Below, piece after piece: positions 25,201-40,200 of a stretch of 64,000 bases of DNA. The stretch is from Candidatus Omnitrophota bacterium (GTDB lineage Bacteria; Omnitrophota; Gorgyraeia; JABMRN01; RBG-13-46-9), in the NCBI GenBank assembly GCA_013203315.1, contig JABMQJ010000026.1:56511-120510 (forward strand). Direction: 5' to 3'. A program made the translations under genes and the position numbers. The notes under the pieces were generated by a model that saw only the letters and a program-made list of their open reading frames with translations, made no database searches and was not told the DNA's origin. Numbering within the stretch: the first letter of the stretch is position 1; each line of letters opens with the position of its first letter.

Positions 25201-28200
25201 CACTTAGCGTGCCTGAGGCACAAAGAGTGGCATGGGCAATCGAAGAATCCCAGATAAGAGAAGAAGATATCCCTCGGGTTCTGGAAATCATTAATAAGTA
25301 TAACGGAAAGATAATCGGAATTTGGGGATGGAATGATAGTGACAAGAGAAGCCTTAACCCGGCAACGCGCGGTCCCTTACTTAACAAACTGCAACAGCTT
25401 AGAAAAGAACTACCTGTGCCGCCTACTGTGACACCGCCCATGCATACCGTAGAAATGACGAAGGCGGTTAGCGAATTAGACCCCGGAAAAGCGCCGAACG
25501 AACCTGTTTCCCCTCTAACAGCACCCAAGATTGTGCGCCCGTCCAAAAAAGACATTAACCGGGTCCGCGTGCGCAAGAAAAAAGACGAAGACGGAAAAAT
25601 TAGCGAATCCTATAGATATGAAAAACGAACGAGAGATCACGAAGACCCCAGAAAGCGCAAACACAGCAAAATTCTTGATATCGGCGTTGGAGAAGTAGAA
25701 AGAACGGAAATTCCCAGAGCAGGCGTCGACCTTATTTATATAATACAGTTTGACCCTTTAACAACAGAAATAGTACGCATGGAGTTATGGCGCGGGAAGT
25801 TAAAGGTAGAAGACAAAGGGAAGGTAATAAGCTACTTACCTGAAGGAGACCTTGAGCCCATGCTCGTAGAGTACGCGGAATTCGAATACAATCCTGACAA
25901 GACAGTAACGATGCGCCTCGCAAGGCGCGATGTTCTGGGAGGCGAAGAAAACTACATAGAGGAATACGTATTTAAAAAAGTAAAATTCGAGGATGGCAAA
26001 ATAAACATAATGGTTTCGAAGACTGTCTATGACAAAAGCCTCGTAGAAAAAGCTACGGTAATTACGCAGATTGACAGGAATGAAAAAACCGGCGAAATAA
26101 CAGAAAGGGAATGGATACAGTGGCAGGGCCAAGAACTGCAGAAGTCATCGATGACTGTCTACGCCTCTCACATAGATAAAACGGGCTTCTTGGTATGGGA
26201 AAGGCAAAGACGCAGAGACTTTGGCACCGGTGCGTGGTTAGAGACATTACGCAAAAAGGTTAAAGGGCAGAAAATAGAAATTGAGAAAGGTAAAAATAAA
26301 AAGGGCGCGTATTATGATGGCAAGGGAGGAAAAAGCCGCATTTACTATGCAGATGGCGGTAGGTGGGTTAGCATGGAAGACGGCGTTTCCGCTGCGGCCG
26401 AAATTAAGAAAGGCCAGAAGAGAGATAAGCCGTTCGACCCTATAAAAATCGGTTATACCGAAGCCATAGATATAGAAGGCAAAAAACATGTATTATATGA
26501 AGCCGACACCGAGATAGAGAACAACGCAAAGTTTGACCACAAAAATAATACACTTACATTACCTGAGGAGATTACCGTTGATGGCAAAGACTTTAAAATC
26601 CCCGATGCCGCGCGAACTTACAAACTCCCTGCTAAACTACCTGGCGATAGGGCGATATATAAATTCCATGTAAAGAGGGAATACGACAGCGAGAAGAATA
26701 AAGTGTTAACTACCCAAGTAGAGTGGGTAGTAAGGGATGAGGCGGAAAAGCTGATCTACAAGGTTACAAAGAATTTGATAACGGGCGAGACAGAAGTTTA
26801 TGAACTTCATCCCGAGATGAAGATGGAAATAACCGAATTGGAACTTGAAGCAAAACCGGGCGAACATCATGACCAGACACATAAAGATGTTTCGGAAGGG
26901 ACATTTTACGACGAAAAGGGTAGAGAAAAGGGAAAAGTATATCACAGAATGGTTTTTGACCCCAGGTACAGGGATAAAGACAAATGGCGTTTCCTGCAGG
27001 AAAGAGGAAAAATAGTCGAAGAGAAGGTGCGTGATGTCGAGAACAACAGGGAAATCACCGTGCTTTATAGCATAACAGAAACGATAGAGTTCAAAGAAGA
27101 TGGTTCGCAGGTCGTGAGAAAGGTAAAAGTATCCGTAGATGAAAATTATAAACCCGATGGCAGGGTTCGAGAGGAGCTCATTGTAAAAAAGGATAAATAT
27201 GGCAGGATCAAACAGGTTGATGGGGAACCGGATAAATTTGGCATACGCGACGGGCTTACTACTCAGGGTGTTAAGGATGTCGGAAAAAAGACAGAATCCC
27301 GCTTTACCCCGCAAACGTATAAATTTGTGCCGGTTACGAAACCGGGGCAGGAGTTGCCGGGGTTAATTACGGATAATAAGGGTGTGCAAAAGGAATATGT
27401 GCTCGCGACTACAGGACGCGATTCTAAAGGTAAATTAGTTCTAAATTTCAAAAAAACCGATAAACGCTTCGGTTACACCCAAGTTGTGGTGCCCGAAGGC
27501 GCAAGATGGGTTACAGAGACTAAGGAAGATGTAATAAGGGATGAAAAAACAGGGAAAGAGATTACAAAGAAACAAGTGGTATTTGGCCTCTACGACGCCC
27601 ATGGGAAACCTTTATATCAGGATATAGCTACTAAATACGGTGATAACGGAATAGTCCACCAGGTTTTGGTTTATAACCCCACTGATAGCACGATGGCAGA
27701 ATACGCCACCTACAGAAAAAATTGGCAGGATAAAGAAACACTCATGCTGAAAAAAGTTTCACAACTCCTGCGCTATCGCAACTCCGAACTGATCGATCAG
27801 TGGTTACTATTATACGAAGAATCATATCTAAAAGGATTTGTAAGGGAATACACATATGATATGCAAAGGGCCCTTAGCGGCGCTTTTGGCGGCATGCAAC
27901 CCCTCACGAGTAAAAAATGGAAACTAAACAAAGACGGTTCGCGCGGCGAATTGACAGAGCACATGGCATTTCTTTACTATGGGCCGACAGGGCAGCGCCT
28001 GATTGTAGATATGCGTGACAGGAGAGACGACAACGGAAACCTCATAGATCACGAAACGCCGTTGGCAGCGGGTCAGGCAGTGACGGGCCTTGTTACCCCG
28101 TTTGCAATAGGGGAAGAATTCGAAACAGAAGAGTGGAATACAAAGATTGTAGAGCGTCCGGACGGAACGCTATGGATTGACACTTCACAAGGCGACCTTC

Positions 28201-31200
28201 TCACTTACAGGGTGTCCGCAAACGACGAGTTTTATCTCACGGTTCACTTAACAAGAAACCCTGAAACAGGAGAATATACGGTACGAAACGTATTTAAAGG
28301 TAAACCTGTTTCCGAATTCTACAGCGTTTATGGAAATAGAAGAATAAAGGAATATACAGAGCTTGACCGAAGGTGCGTAACTGTAAACTCCGAAACAGGC
28401 AGATGCGAAGTGTCTGAAGAAACAGGCGTGGTAATTCTCACGAATCCGGAAACTGGTAAAGCACTGGATACCGAAAATCCGAAGGACATAAGATTGCTCG
28501 AAAAAAACATGTTCTTAAGCGATTCGGCAAATCCCGATTTCTCTTACACCATACCTTTAAAAGGCCCTGATTTCGAAAATGGATATTTCTACCTGAATAA
28601 GAAACTAAAAGGAAAAAGCATACCGCTTCTAAGATTAAGACTACGACGCGGCAAAACATTTGATGACTTACTTCGAAACGCACAGACCTCGGTCTCTGAT
28701 AAAGCAGACGCCGAGTTGACTACAATAGATCCGAGAGATGCGGTGTTAGATGCCGTTTACGCTTCCTCTGAAGGCGTAACATATCGTGGTACAGGACTTA
28801 CTGTTGTATTTTCAATCATGAATATCGGAAAAGCCATCGGAGAAGGCCAGGAAATAAACATGGTTCCGATTCTGAACGAAAAAACAGGTGAAATCGATGA
28901 AGCGCGCGGCACGAGATTTGTCGTGAGGAAAGGCTCCGAAAAGATATTAGATCTGGATACTAATCTCGATAAAGTACCCCCTTCGATGCGTAAGATTAAA
29001 ACCATTGGCGGCACGCCTGCTTCGAAATTTACGGGTACTATTAAATGCCGGGTAGAGGAGCAGGTCCATTGGAAAAAAGTGTCGGTAACACCCGAGAACC
29101 GGGAATCTCTATCTGAAGAAATAGGAGAACCGGGTAAGTTAGGCCTACCAGGCGCAGAAGGGCCGATCGGTGCAAAAGAAATAACACCTCAGCCGGGAAT
29201 GAAACTGACAGATAAAGATACAGATATCATCGTGAAAAAGTATTTTGATAAAGATGACAACTTCCTAAGGAATAAAACAGCTTTCGGAATAGGTACAAAC
29301 AAAGCAGCTAAGGATCTCGTTTTGGGAGCGCTCGGAAATTTAGAAAATTCCGACCCAGTATTTAATAAAAATGCAGGAAGCGATATATTAGATCTTCTTT
29401 ACACAATCGCAAGGAAAAATAACTTAAATCAAGAAGAGTTACGACGTCTCATCGATGAGAAACTGATACCTTTAACCGATCTCGCCGTAACAGGATTTAA
29501 GAATTTAGATATTCAAAGCATCGAAGGACTAACAAAGGATGATTACATAAACTTGAGTACTAACGAGAACGCAATGGCCCTCGGTGTACTTATTTATTGG
29601 GCAAGCAATCGCGATGAGAAGTTTAATTTTGACGAATTCTACGATGCATTTAATGAACTGTGCACATATCCAGAAGGGGACAAAGACAAGCAGGGCTTGA
29701 AAGACGCGCTACTATCATATTTCGATACAAGACTTAACTTGGCAGCAGCGGAGAACAAGGTCAAAGTCGACGAATTGTCAGAGGCTAAAAGATTTGGCAT
29801 CTTCGTGGATGTCATGTCATCTTTTGCTAATCAAAAGGTTGCATTAGAAGAAGGACGTTTGTCTGGGGAAAGGTTTATAGAAGGGTTGGGTTTAGACGAA
29901 CTTGGACTGGAACCGGGAGAAACACTTCCGCCGCGCATTATGAAATTATTCATTGAAGCAGAAGAAAAAAGGCTTCAAGGCGTACCCTATGCTGAGGTGC
30001 AGGAGGAATTAGAAGAAAAGCTAAGCCCGGGTATCGGGACTCCGCTATTAGACGGTTTAAAGACAATTTGGAGCTTTGTTCCATATGTAATGGGTCTTAT
30101 GAGTGCTTTAATAGCAGCATTAATTGCAATTATTATTAGGAGACGTCTCCCACCGAGATTTAGGCCGGGTTCGTTAATGTCGCAGCTTAGGCCGCGCGCG
30201 TTACTGAGTCTAGGACGCTCGTTACTAAGTCTATCATTCAGGGGACTACGTCGTGCCGGTAAATGGATAGGGCTTCCCTTGGTTCTGGTACTCTTAGTAG
30301 CAGGCGAATCATTCGGCGCCCCCGTTGGTGCGGATCAAGTTTTAACTCTTGTCGATGGCGGTCCAAGTTTTTTTTCAAGCCTTTGGGCCGCTGTTCCAAG
30401 TCTAATCTCATGGTGGGGTGTTTTTTATGCCTATTGCGCATTTACTATAGGTAGAGGGTTATATAGGGCTATTATTTCAGATAGAAGTTATGTAGATCGA
30501 GGCACTCGCCACTTTGTAAGGCCTGCGACAGCTAGCAGAGAGTCTCTAACACTAGGTTCTCTTCACCAGTCGATTTCTGACATTGACGCAACGGGTATGA
30601 CAAAAGTAGAATTCCTGGCAGCAATAGAAGATGCCATGAGTGATCAAGACTTTAATGATGAATTCAACCGTATTTTTGATAGAGAAACCGCAGATATATT
30701 GCAAGGTGAAGGTATTCTTGAAAATATAAATAACAATGATGGCGTGGGAGCGAAACAAACCTTGCTTAATGAAGTCATGTGGAGAGAGGTAGGGACTTCT
30801 ATAAGCCACATGCAAGGAGCTATGTGGGATATACACAGAACCCTCGAGCCTTCTAGAACCGGGACTACTGGCAAGAATAGGTATGTTCCTGTATATAGAT
30901 TTTCAATCTCTACGTTTTTAGCATTTCTTGCAGGCAGCGGTCTTTTGCTTGCGAATTTTTTGAAAGCAGGCGCCACAGGTTGGTCCATGGGTTACGGCCC
31001 GGGCATGTGGATAGCAGGAGGTCTCCTACTTCTTGTTGCCGCTATAAACGGATATAGGTTCATATGGGATGTAGTCATGCGCATACTTGACGGGATTCCT
31101 CGTATTGGTGCTTTCGCAAGGCGCCGTCGGTTAGCGCTTGAAGTAATGGAGAATGAGTTAAGCGCTTTGAGGGAGTACTACAACCAGCTCAGTACACAAG

Positions 31201-34200
31201 GTGGTTACGGTTTTAGCGCGGCCCAGTGGCAAGAAATTCTGAAATTCCCTGTCCATGTTCCGTTTGGCGGTGTCGATGAAGCCATTGAAACCTATGAAGA
31301 AACTATTTCATTTATGGAATACATTGAATATTGCCGGGCCTGGGTAGATTTTTTAAAGAAAAATAAAAATTACAGAATATTTGCCAGACTAGCATATCCA
31401 CCGGACCAGCAGAGGCGTGACGTAATGCCGAGGTTTTATACGCAAGGCCCCGAGTACTATATGGCGCATACTCCCGGTACTAACTCTATTACAACTCTTA
31501 TGCCTGGTAATGAAAACGATAGTCCCGAATATGACATAATAGGCCAAGACCAGCCTCGTAACGGCCATCGGAGATATACAAATACTACAGGTATTCCGTT
31601 TACGAGACGAGTTCCGGGTGTTGGGCGTATAAGAAATCCTTACGCGGATCCAATACACCCCTTTGTGCCATTTGATAACATGTATAAATATTTGTCGCAT
31701 ATCAGAAATAGGGCGCGCGAAGTGCGGAATGCAGGAGGTAATCTTGCGCTTGTTACAGAGCGGGAAGAGGTTGTAGCGCATAATACGGTAGGAACAATTG
31801 CGGGAAGGTTTGGTCCGGGGTCGGAGCACACCAGCTATCCGGGTGTTTTATGGGACAGGCACCTCTGGCACACTATTCTATTCGCAGGCATGGTAGTTCC
31901 GTTAGTGATGCTAGCCTTTCAGTTCAGGCTTGATCTCGTTGCCATGGGAATCGCTGAAGATTTGCAAACCATGTCTATGGGCTCATTTAGTGTTGCTGCG
32001 ATTATTGCGGGTATCATAGGATTCCTTACAGTAGTCGGTTTACTTAAAACTCATCTTTTTGGATCGGGATATACCCAAAGAACGCGGCGCATATTAGGTG
32101 TTTCTGTGGTTGCAGGACTTGGTGGCGTTATTTATGCATTTGGCCGGGACGGACTGGCAAAAATTGCGGAATTTTGGGCTCCATACATACCGGACTTTCT
32201 CTCCACTTTATTTACACAGGACAGCGTTATAGTAAAAGGCATAATGGCTTTAGGTAGCATATTGAGTCCGAACGTGCTCTTTTGGGGGCTTTGTGTTACT
32301 TTGGTTATTTTGGGTGTAGTCGCGCTTGTCTTCATATTCCGTTATTTCTCTTCAGCCTTTCGCTCGCACGCCAATGAGATACAGGATGAGGATATTTCAG
32401 ATTATGTTCCGGATCGCATCTTAAGAGAAGCGCTGAATAGGGCAATAGAGGATGTGATTACCGAAAACAAGCAAGCTAACTTACCCGAAGTGATAAGAGA
32501 CCTAAGAAGAGGCAGGCCGGCCGGGACCCCGCTGATTCTGGAAACTGACAACGTGCAGGATATTTACAACCAGGTTTGCGCGTCATATAGAGGATTAAGA
32601 AAGGCCGCAAGGCTTCGGGCGAACGAAGCTCTATCAGATTGGCTTATTTACCGTATGAGAATACCGCATGAAGTTTCGTCTGCCGGAAGGAGTACTGTTA
32701 GCGTTGTTGATATAGGAACTGTCGTAAATGATGTTCGTAGAAGGCAGCATATTATCGATACCTTAAGAGCAAACGGTTATGCAGCGCAAATGGCCGATTT
32801 ACCCGCCGCAGCACCTGTAGGCGATGATGGCCGCACGACTAACAGGGACATAATCGAACGATTATCGTACGACGAGATAGAACATATTTTCAACACGCCT
32901 GCTATAGCGGAGGAGATATTCGAGCCTGTTGTTCTTGCGGATACTGTTTTTGGTGATGACATAGATGGCGTCCGCCAAACGTTGGAAAGCGCCAGGAAAA
33001 GTTATAGAGGCCGCGTATACATTGCTCTCGCCATGGATGACGACGACCCAATGGGCGGCCCCGCAGCTATTAGCGCAGCTATGGAACCGGGAGGGGCCCT
33101 GGCACAATATGCCGATAACATAATAATTTACACAGGTTCAAACTGGGGAGACAATTTAAGGAGATCCCAGGGCAAGATTCGCATGAAACCCGCTCTTGAT
33201 GTCGAAACAATCCAATATCTTAAGAAGGTTTTTGGCGAACGGGGAGTAGCGCTACCCGCTTTTGTAGAGTTAGTTGACCAGGAAGATAAGCTAGGAGCAC
33301 TTCTTCTAAATTCCAAAGCATTTTTGAGAAAAATGTATGACAGAACAATAGACGATGAAATAGCCGGAAGAAGAAATAGAAGAGACTATGACAGGTGGGG
33401 AATAGGGTACGCCGGCTTGTTTGGCCAAAGGACCAAGTTTTTCATTACATATTATTGGACGCTTCTCAACTTAACAGTGAGATCCTTAGGCGCAACGCCT
33501 AACGAAGACGGCAGCGCTAGACACAGGATAGCATTTATGCTTGAGAAGTTCAAGGAAGTGTATGGCAACTGGCATGAATTTGCAGAGTCTGAATTTCAGG
33601 CAAGAAGTCATCCCTACATTATTCAGTCCGAACTTCGCCTTGTTCCTAATAAAGACCAGACACATGACTATCTGTCCCATTCCGATTATCTCATGTGGCA
33701 TACGCAGATTCAGGTTGGTCAGACTGTCAATAAATTTCTATTCTTAGGCGGAACAGGAAATAATTTCCGATGGGATATGCTTGCCGGCGAATCGTTTAAT
33801 CCTGATGGAACGCATTGCGAGTATTTAAATCATAGAGCCGAACTTCAAGACCTTTTAATGCCTTTAAGAAGAAGCATTGAAAGAGATGAGTCGAGGGTCG
33901 CGGAATCTTACGCGAGATTCCCGCTTCCTTTAAGGATTATAATCCATTTAGTCATACATCCTTTACGCGCGCTTTTTGATCCGAGTGTAAGATCAACACG
34001 CATTTCTTCAGGACTTCTAAAAAGGAATCTTAATACCTATTCTATCGGCGGAACGTGGGATTCTTATAACATAATCGAAGACTCAGAGTTAGGTCGACGC
34101 CTCGCCCTCTATGGACTCGGCGCAACGAGGCTCACAGGTCCCTTTACCAAGGTTCTCGAAGATTTATTGCCGGTTATGGGAAAGCCGTGGTGGCAACAGA

Positions 34201-37200
34201 GGGCACGCTGGATTATAATGCAGACATTTGCCGTTGTTCTGTCACACCCTGCCGCATTCTTTATGTTTTTCGGCCAGTATGTAAGTATGGGACTTGGGTG
34301 GATGTTACTCGGAAGCGCAGGGGCAATACTGCCCGGGCTGGCAGGAGCTGCTATAGGGTTTCTTGTCGGGGGATTTGTATTTTATTACTTAGGGCACCTT
34401 GTTAATAACATTCTTATATGGACAGGCTACAAGAGGAACGCCCAGTGGCAAGTAGACCCCGTTAAGGCATTAGGATACTGGAGATTTCAGCATATTTCGC
34501 ATTTGGCCGCAGCGGCCCCCGCTGCCATCGCAACCGCTATAGCGCTTAGCATATCACTTCTTTACGGAATAGCCTTAGTAAATGTTCCCGGATTAGAGCT
34601 GTCAGGTTCGGGGGTAGGAGCATTTCTTGTTGAAGCCATAAGGTTCTTAGGGGTTTACATTCCTTTTATAAACGGATGGTTACCTTTTTGGTGGGTCGGC
34701 GCGATCGTATTTCTCACTCCTCAAGTTATACAGGTATTTATGGGCTGGATAGCAACCGCTCAGCATGGCGTGCAGGATGAAGAATCTACCACTGCAGCGG
34801 CGCGTATTTTTCTAACAGAACGCAACTATACTGGAAACAGTCCTAACCCGCTTATTGGAATACCAAGTTTGGATTTTGCTAACGTTGCCCCTGCAAGTGT
34901 GATTGGCACCAACCGCACGATAGCAGAACATTATAGTCGCTTTTCGGATGATGAATTTGTTCTGAATTGCTTGGAAATGTATATAGCAAATGCCGGAGAC
35001 GCACTTCGGGTTGCAACGCCAGGTAATGTTAATCCTGATTCTTTTGGCTGGGTCGATCTTGATGCTAACTGGACTGAAAGGGGGAGGCATCTGTTAAACC
35101 TAGCAAATGCAGACGATATAGAAACTTACAGAAGGGCCCTAAGAGGGGCCATAAGCCACGCTAGGGGGCTCCAGGCAAAAGTAAGGGGAGACATAAGATT
35201 TTCATGGGGGGTCGGTATTTTTGGCGGTGCCTTAGCCTTATGTAGCGCCTTCTTGGTGAGTACAGGATTCTTTTATCCATTTTTTGGTGCTATATCTATA
35301 ACAGTCGGCTTGCTTTTAGTGCTTGGTACCGTTGCAACGCAGGTTCTAAGCTCGAGGCCCAGCAGAGGGCGCAGTTCCCCCGATGCCCCGCTCGGCACTA
35401 GGCCACGTCTGTCCTCAATAGGAAGACGCCCCTACCAGGGCTATCACTATTTTATAAGGCAGCCTCTTATGCTGGTCTATTTCATGAATCTTCTTCCTGC
35501 AATGGCCATAGGCCTTTTCATGTCAGGTTTTACGGGTGATAGATACCAAAATCAGTCTTTCTGGCCGAGAGGAAGGCAGGGGCTTGCTCCGCCTAGACTT
35601 GGTGAAAGAAGGACTTTTACAGGTTTTCGTAGGAGAGTACTCGATGTTATAAGAACATTTTTCCTTTCAGTTACATTGATAGTCGGTCCGATATTGATCA
35701 TTATACAAAACCCTGCTGAGAAAATGCACCTGGATCCAATAGTGCTCACACAGTCCATTGTTATGGGTCTTGAAGCGGAATACCAGAGGCATATACGCCG
35801 TGTGGGGCGGGCCCCATCTCCAAAAGAAATATACGAAATTCTTAACAGCGATAAATATAAGCATCTTCAGTACGGATGGATTCTCGGAAAAATTACTGAG
35901 CTGGAAAAATATATTGCAGCAGGCGAAAAAGAACGCGCCGAGATATGCCTTATGTGGGTAATAGAAGGCATGAGAGTGCAGAATGACTCTATGACTAAAG
36001 CAGACGAAACAATAGATTTGGGGGCAAAAGAAAATTTTGAGAAGCTTTCCCAGTGGTTCTTTGAATTTTGTTATCGCAACAATTGCATGGAACTTTATTA
36101 CAAGGTATTGCCTATGACTCATAGGGCGCTACCCAACACAGATTGGAAGGTAGATGATTCAAATAAAGCAAAGGCAAAAGTGATTAACGACAAAAACGGA
36201 GAAGCGCTTAAATTAAAATGTGAAATCGAGGGAAATAGAGGCGCCGGTGCAGGTTCAATTACTGTAAGAACAGAGCTACCGCAGGCCGTCGATATGAGCG
36301 ATCTGGAATATGTACTGAGCTATGGCGTAGAGACCGATGACGGCTCAAAGTGGACCCGAAACATTACGGTCAAACTTATCGATGGAAATGGTAACGAATA
36401 TTCCAATCCTCTTATTCGTGATCTTTACGCAAACAGCGCAAGTGTGAGGATAGCTCCGTTACTAAAAATGCAACGAGAACAGGCAAAGAATACCGGGACT
36501 GAAGGGCAGTTTTTTGATCCGACAAATGTCACAGGTATTGTGATTGAAATAGGCGGGAACCTCGCGAGAGATTTTTCAGGAACAATAGAATTGAAACACT
36601 CAAGAATCCAGACAACCCCTTCGGCAGCTACTGTAAAGGATGCCAAGGATATAGATGTAAGGTTATTAATAGACATGATGATGAAAAACGCTTTACCGCA
36701 AAGAGAACAGGTTATTCGCGCAGTAGATAGGCATGTTGCGGAGATGATGAGGAAAATTCTGATGCTTGAGCCATTTATTCCAACCGCAGTAGTGCAGCGA
36801 CCTGTAGATGAGGCCGTGACGGCTACGCAACCACGAGTAGCCCCGGAGGTATTAAGCCCGAGAGCGAAAAAAGCGGCAGAGCGAAAAATAGCAAAAGGAC
36901 AGGACATCGCAGCAGCAAGAAAAGCAAGAGCTTATAGCGCAAGAGCTAGAGCAAGAAGAAGGGGTATCGCCCTCACATTGATGATACCTATAATAGCTTT
37001 CGCAGGGGCACTTTTCTCATCAGCTCCTTATATTATGGAAATAACCGGCGTAGGTAGCATACCTCTAGCTATGCTTATCGGGCTAGGCTCTATGCTCGCT
37101 TTTGCTTCAATAGCTGCTGTAATTAGTGTATTATTTGTAGTAGCCGTTCTCACATATATGCATTTACTCCTATACAAGACCCTGTCGAAGGTTGAACTGG

Positions 37201-40200
37201 CGGAAGAAACAGATCCTGCACTTTTGGCGCATATGAGTACAGTTATGGAGAAGGCTAAGCAGAACGCGGAAGAAGATGCAGCTCTTGTTGGTGTGGCTGC
37301 GATGATTGTTGATGCAGACGGGAACGAAGTAGTTATAGGGGCCCAGTCAGAGTCAGCACTTCCCTCAAAACGATTTGATCATGCTGAAATCAATACACTT
37401 ATCGCAAGCCGTAACGCCGGCACAGATTTATCCGATTGCACCTTACTTGTTTCCCTTGAACCATGCGACGGGTGCGCAAAGGCAATAATTAATAGCGGTA
37501 TCAAAAAAGTAGTAATAGCGACATTGGAGCCGAGCCAATGGATATTAGGAGAGGGCGCTCGCGCACTATTATTGGCAGGCATAGAAGTAGTTATCGCATC
37601 TAAACCGGTTCAAAGAGACGCTTTGGAACATTTTACTGAAAGAATGCATGTATTAGGAAGAGAAGGAGAACTTGCTATTTCAGTTGAAGAAGCTATGCAA
37701 GTTAATGATCAACCGATTTCACTATGGAAATCAACAGGTGTGGAAGACTTAAAAGCATTGGCGAGGCAGTCACTCGATAATCAGACAGTTGATACCCACA
37801 ACGATAGACATGATATATATGAGTTCGATAGACTAGTAGCGCACATTTTAAGAGACAGTTTGCAGCTTGATAGAGATAGATTACCGCAAATAGTTACGAT
37901 TAACGCAAATTCCTTTGATAACTCTCTGGGATTAGAAGAAGTTTACGCAGAAAGAAATGTAAAAAATCAAATACTATGGACAGAACAAACTTATGACCCA
38001 TCAAGGCCACATTCTATTATACTTGCCGGAACAGATGAAAATTGTCTTAATATCTTATCCCAAATCGAACGCCAAAATCTAGCACCCCTTGGGCATGTAT
38101 TTATCATGAGAGGTTTCAAACCCGGCCAGCCGGTTACGCTTACAAGCGCTGCCGACTTCAAAGCGCGACAACTTGCAGAGCAACCACCGCTTCGCGCACC
38201 GCCGCTACCGGCAATACCACACGTGCTGCTCGAGGCCCACCGTGGGCTGATAGAAGGCACGAGCGCCGAGGAAAATACGGCTCTTGCACTACAACAAGCT
38301 GCAAACGACCCAAGAACAAATGCGATAGAGTTCGATGTGCAGCGCTCAAGAACCGGAGAACTCGTGATTGCTCACAGAGGCGGCGCTATCCAAGATGCTG
38401 ATGGCAACACCAGAAATATTGCTGATCTCTCGCCAGAAGAAATCCACGCTATTGACCCAAGCATTCCGATACTTAGAGACGCACTCGATACTATCCTGAT
38501 TCCATCCGGAAAAATTTTATTTATAGACATGAAGGATTTCAACTTGGAAGGCGACCAAATAAACGATTTCGTGAACCAAGTAGTGGAATTAATTCGAGAT
38601 CGTCAAATCACTAACCATGTAAATATAGGTTCCTTCAATATAGATATTTTACGAAGAATACGGGCAAGGCTCCCTGCGGTTAGAATAAATTACTTCGGTG
38701 ATAGTGAAAGAGAGCACCCTACGCCGACTCCAAGCACAATGGATCAAGATATCCAAAACGCCCGCGAACTTGGCGCAGTATATTTTTCAATAGCAACCGA
38801 TGATTTTACAGGTGAAGGTGAGCTTGATGAAGCTATCGACAAGGTGCACGCAAGCGGCCTTTCCTCTGATCTGTATTTTAGAGAAGGGGTCCCTGCCGGG
38901 TTCGAGAACGAAATAGCCACTTTACAAGAAAGAGGGCTCGGTATTGTCAGCACAACTGATAGCGGTACCCTCGCAGAATTTACGCAGCCCACACTCCAAA
39001 CAGAAGGAAATGTATTGAGTATACATCCTGATGCAATCCTTGGCATGTATCGTGGATTCTTCATAGGCCATGTCAGGAGATTTACAGGTATTGCCGGTAT
39101 ATTAGGCCGGGAGCTTAATCTTACTGAGGCACAACAGGCGCTGTTGGAGCAGGCCTCACGGCTTCATAATCTTGGTGAAGATGTAAGGGGCGCGTACGAA
39201 GCAGAATTTTTTGATTTGTCCAGTCAAGTGCGTAACGAGTTTAAAGAAGATGGAAAGCCGGGAGTTTCCATAAGGAGGGCAGTCGATCTTCTTATTTCGC
39301 GTGAGATGTCCCAGGATCCTGAAACTCAAGATCAGGAACTTGTATCGCTAGACGCAGATACCAGATATCGATTATTCAGAGCAGGCTTATTAAAGATTTT
39401 GAATAAAGAAGAGTTAACCAATGTAGAAACGGAACTATCGCATTCATTGTGCAATGCCGCGGAGAATAGACTCAGAATGTTCGGTGAAAGGGGCATAGAT
39501 CTATCTCAGGAATCCCGGGATCTAGAAATTTTGCTAAGATACAACGACGACTACATAGGATTTGAAAGAGACCTACCGCAGTTTGAAAATGAGCTTACCA
39601 TGCCGGTTGAAGACATGAGGCTTCTCATAGCCATAATGTTCCTTGCTGATGTCCTGGAGATGGGAAATAATCGGTATGTGCAGCGCGAACAAAGAGGCAG
39701 AGACATTGAAAGCTTGCCGGCAACAATTGATTTTATAGAGACACGTTTAATCGCTGACGAGCGCATACAGGAAAGCGCCCCTCTGGAGAGAGCACTGGTT
39801 CGTTTAAGAGCGCTTATAGCAAGAGAACATCCGGGCTTGGTTAGATTGCTGCTTCAGGCAAGGGGGACTACCGAGCTCATGCCGGAAGACCGCCAATACA
39901 TACAGACACTACGCCAGGAAGCGCCGAAAAAATCTATTCTCGAAGTTTCCTCCGGCGAAATACTAAATCACTCACGTGGTTATATAAGGGATCATGTAGG
40001 AAGGGTAGCCCGAATGGTGCTCCGCGTCGGACAGGCCATGAACTTGAGCGACCAGGAAATAAATATTTTAAGGTGTGCGGTGTATGGCCACGACGTAGGT
40101 ATTTACACGGTACCGGAAGTCGATAAAAGTTTACGCGAGATGGGAGTAGATTTTGCAAGAGCTAAAACGATGGAGTATGAAGCCTTTATGCAGTACGCGG

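Noticed and set aside
25560-29100. Canonical RHS toxin
   Set aside because: No regular YD repeats or DPxG core end, and no immunity gene.
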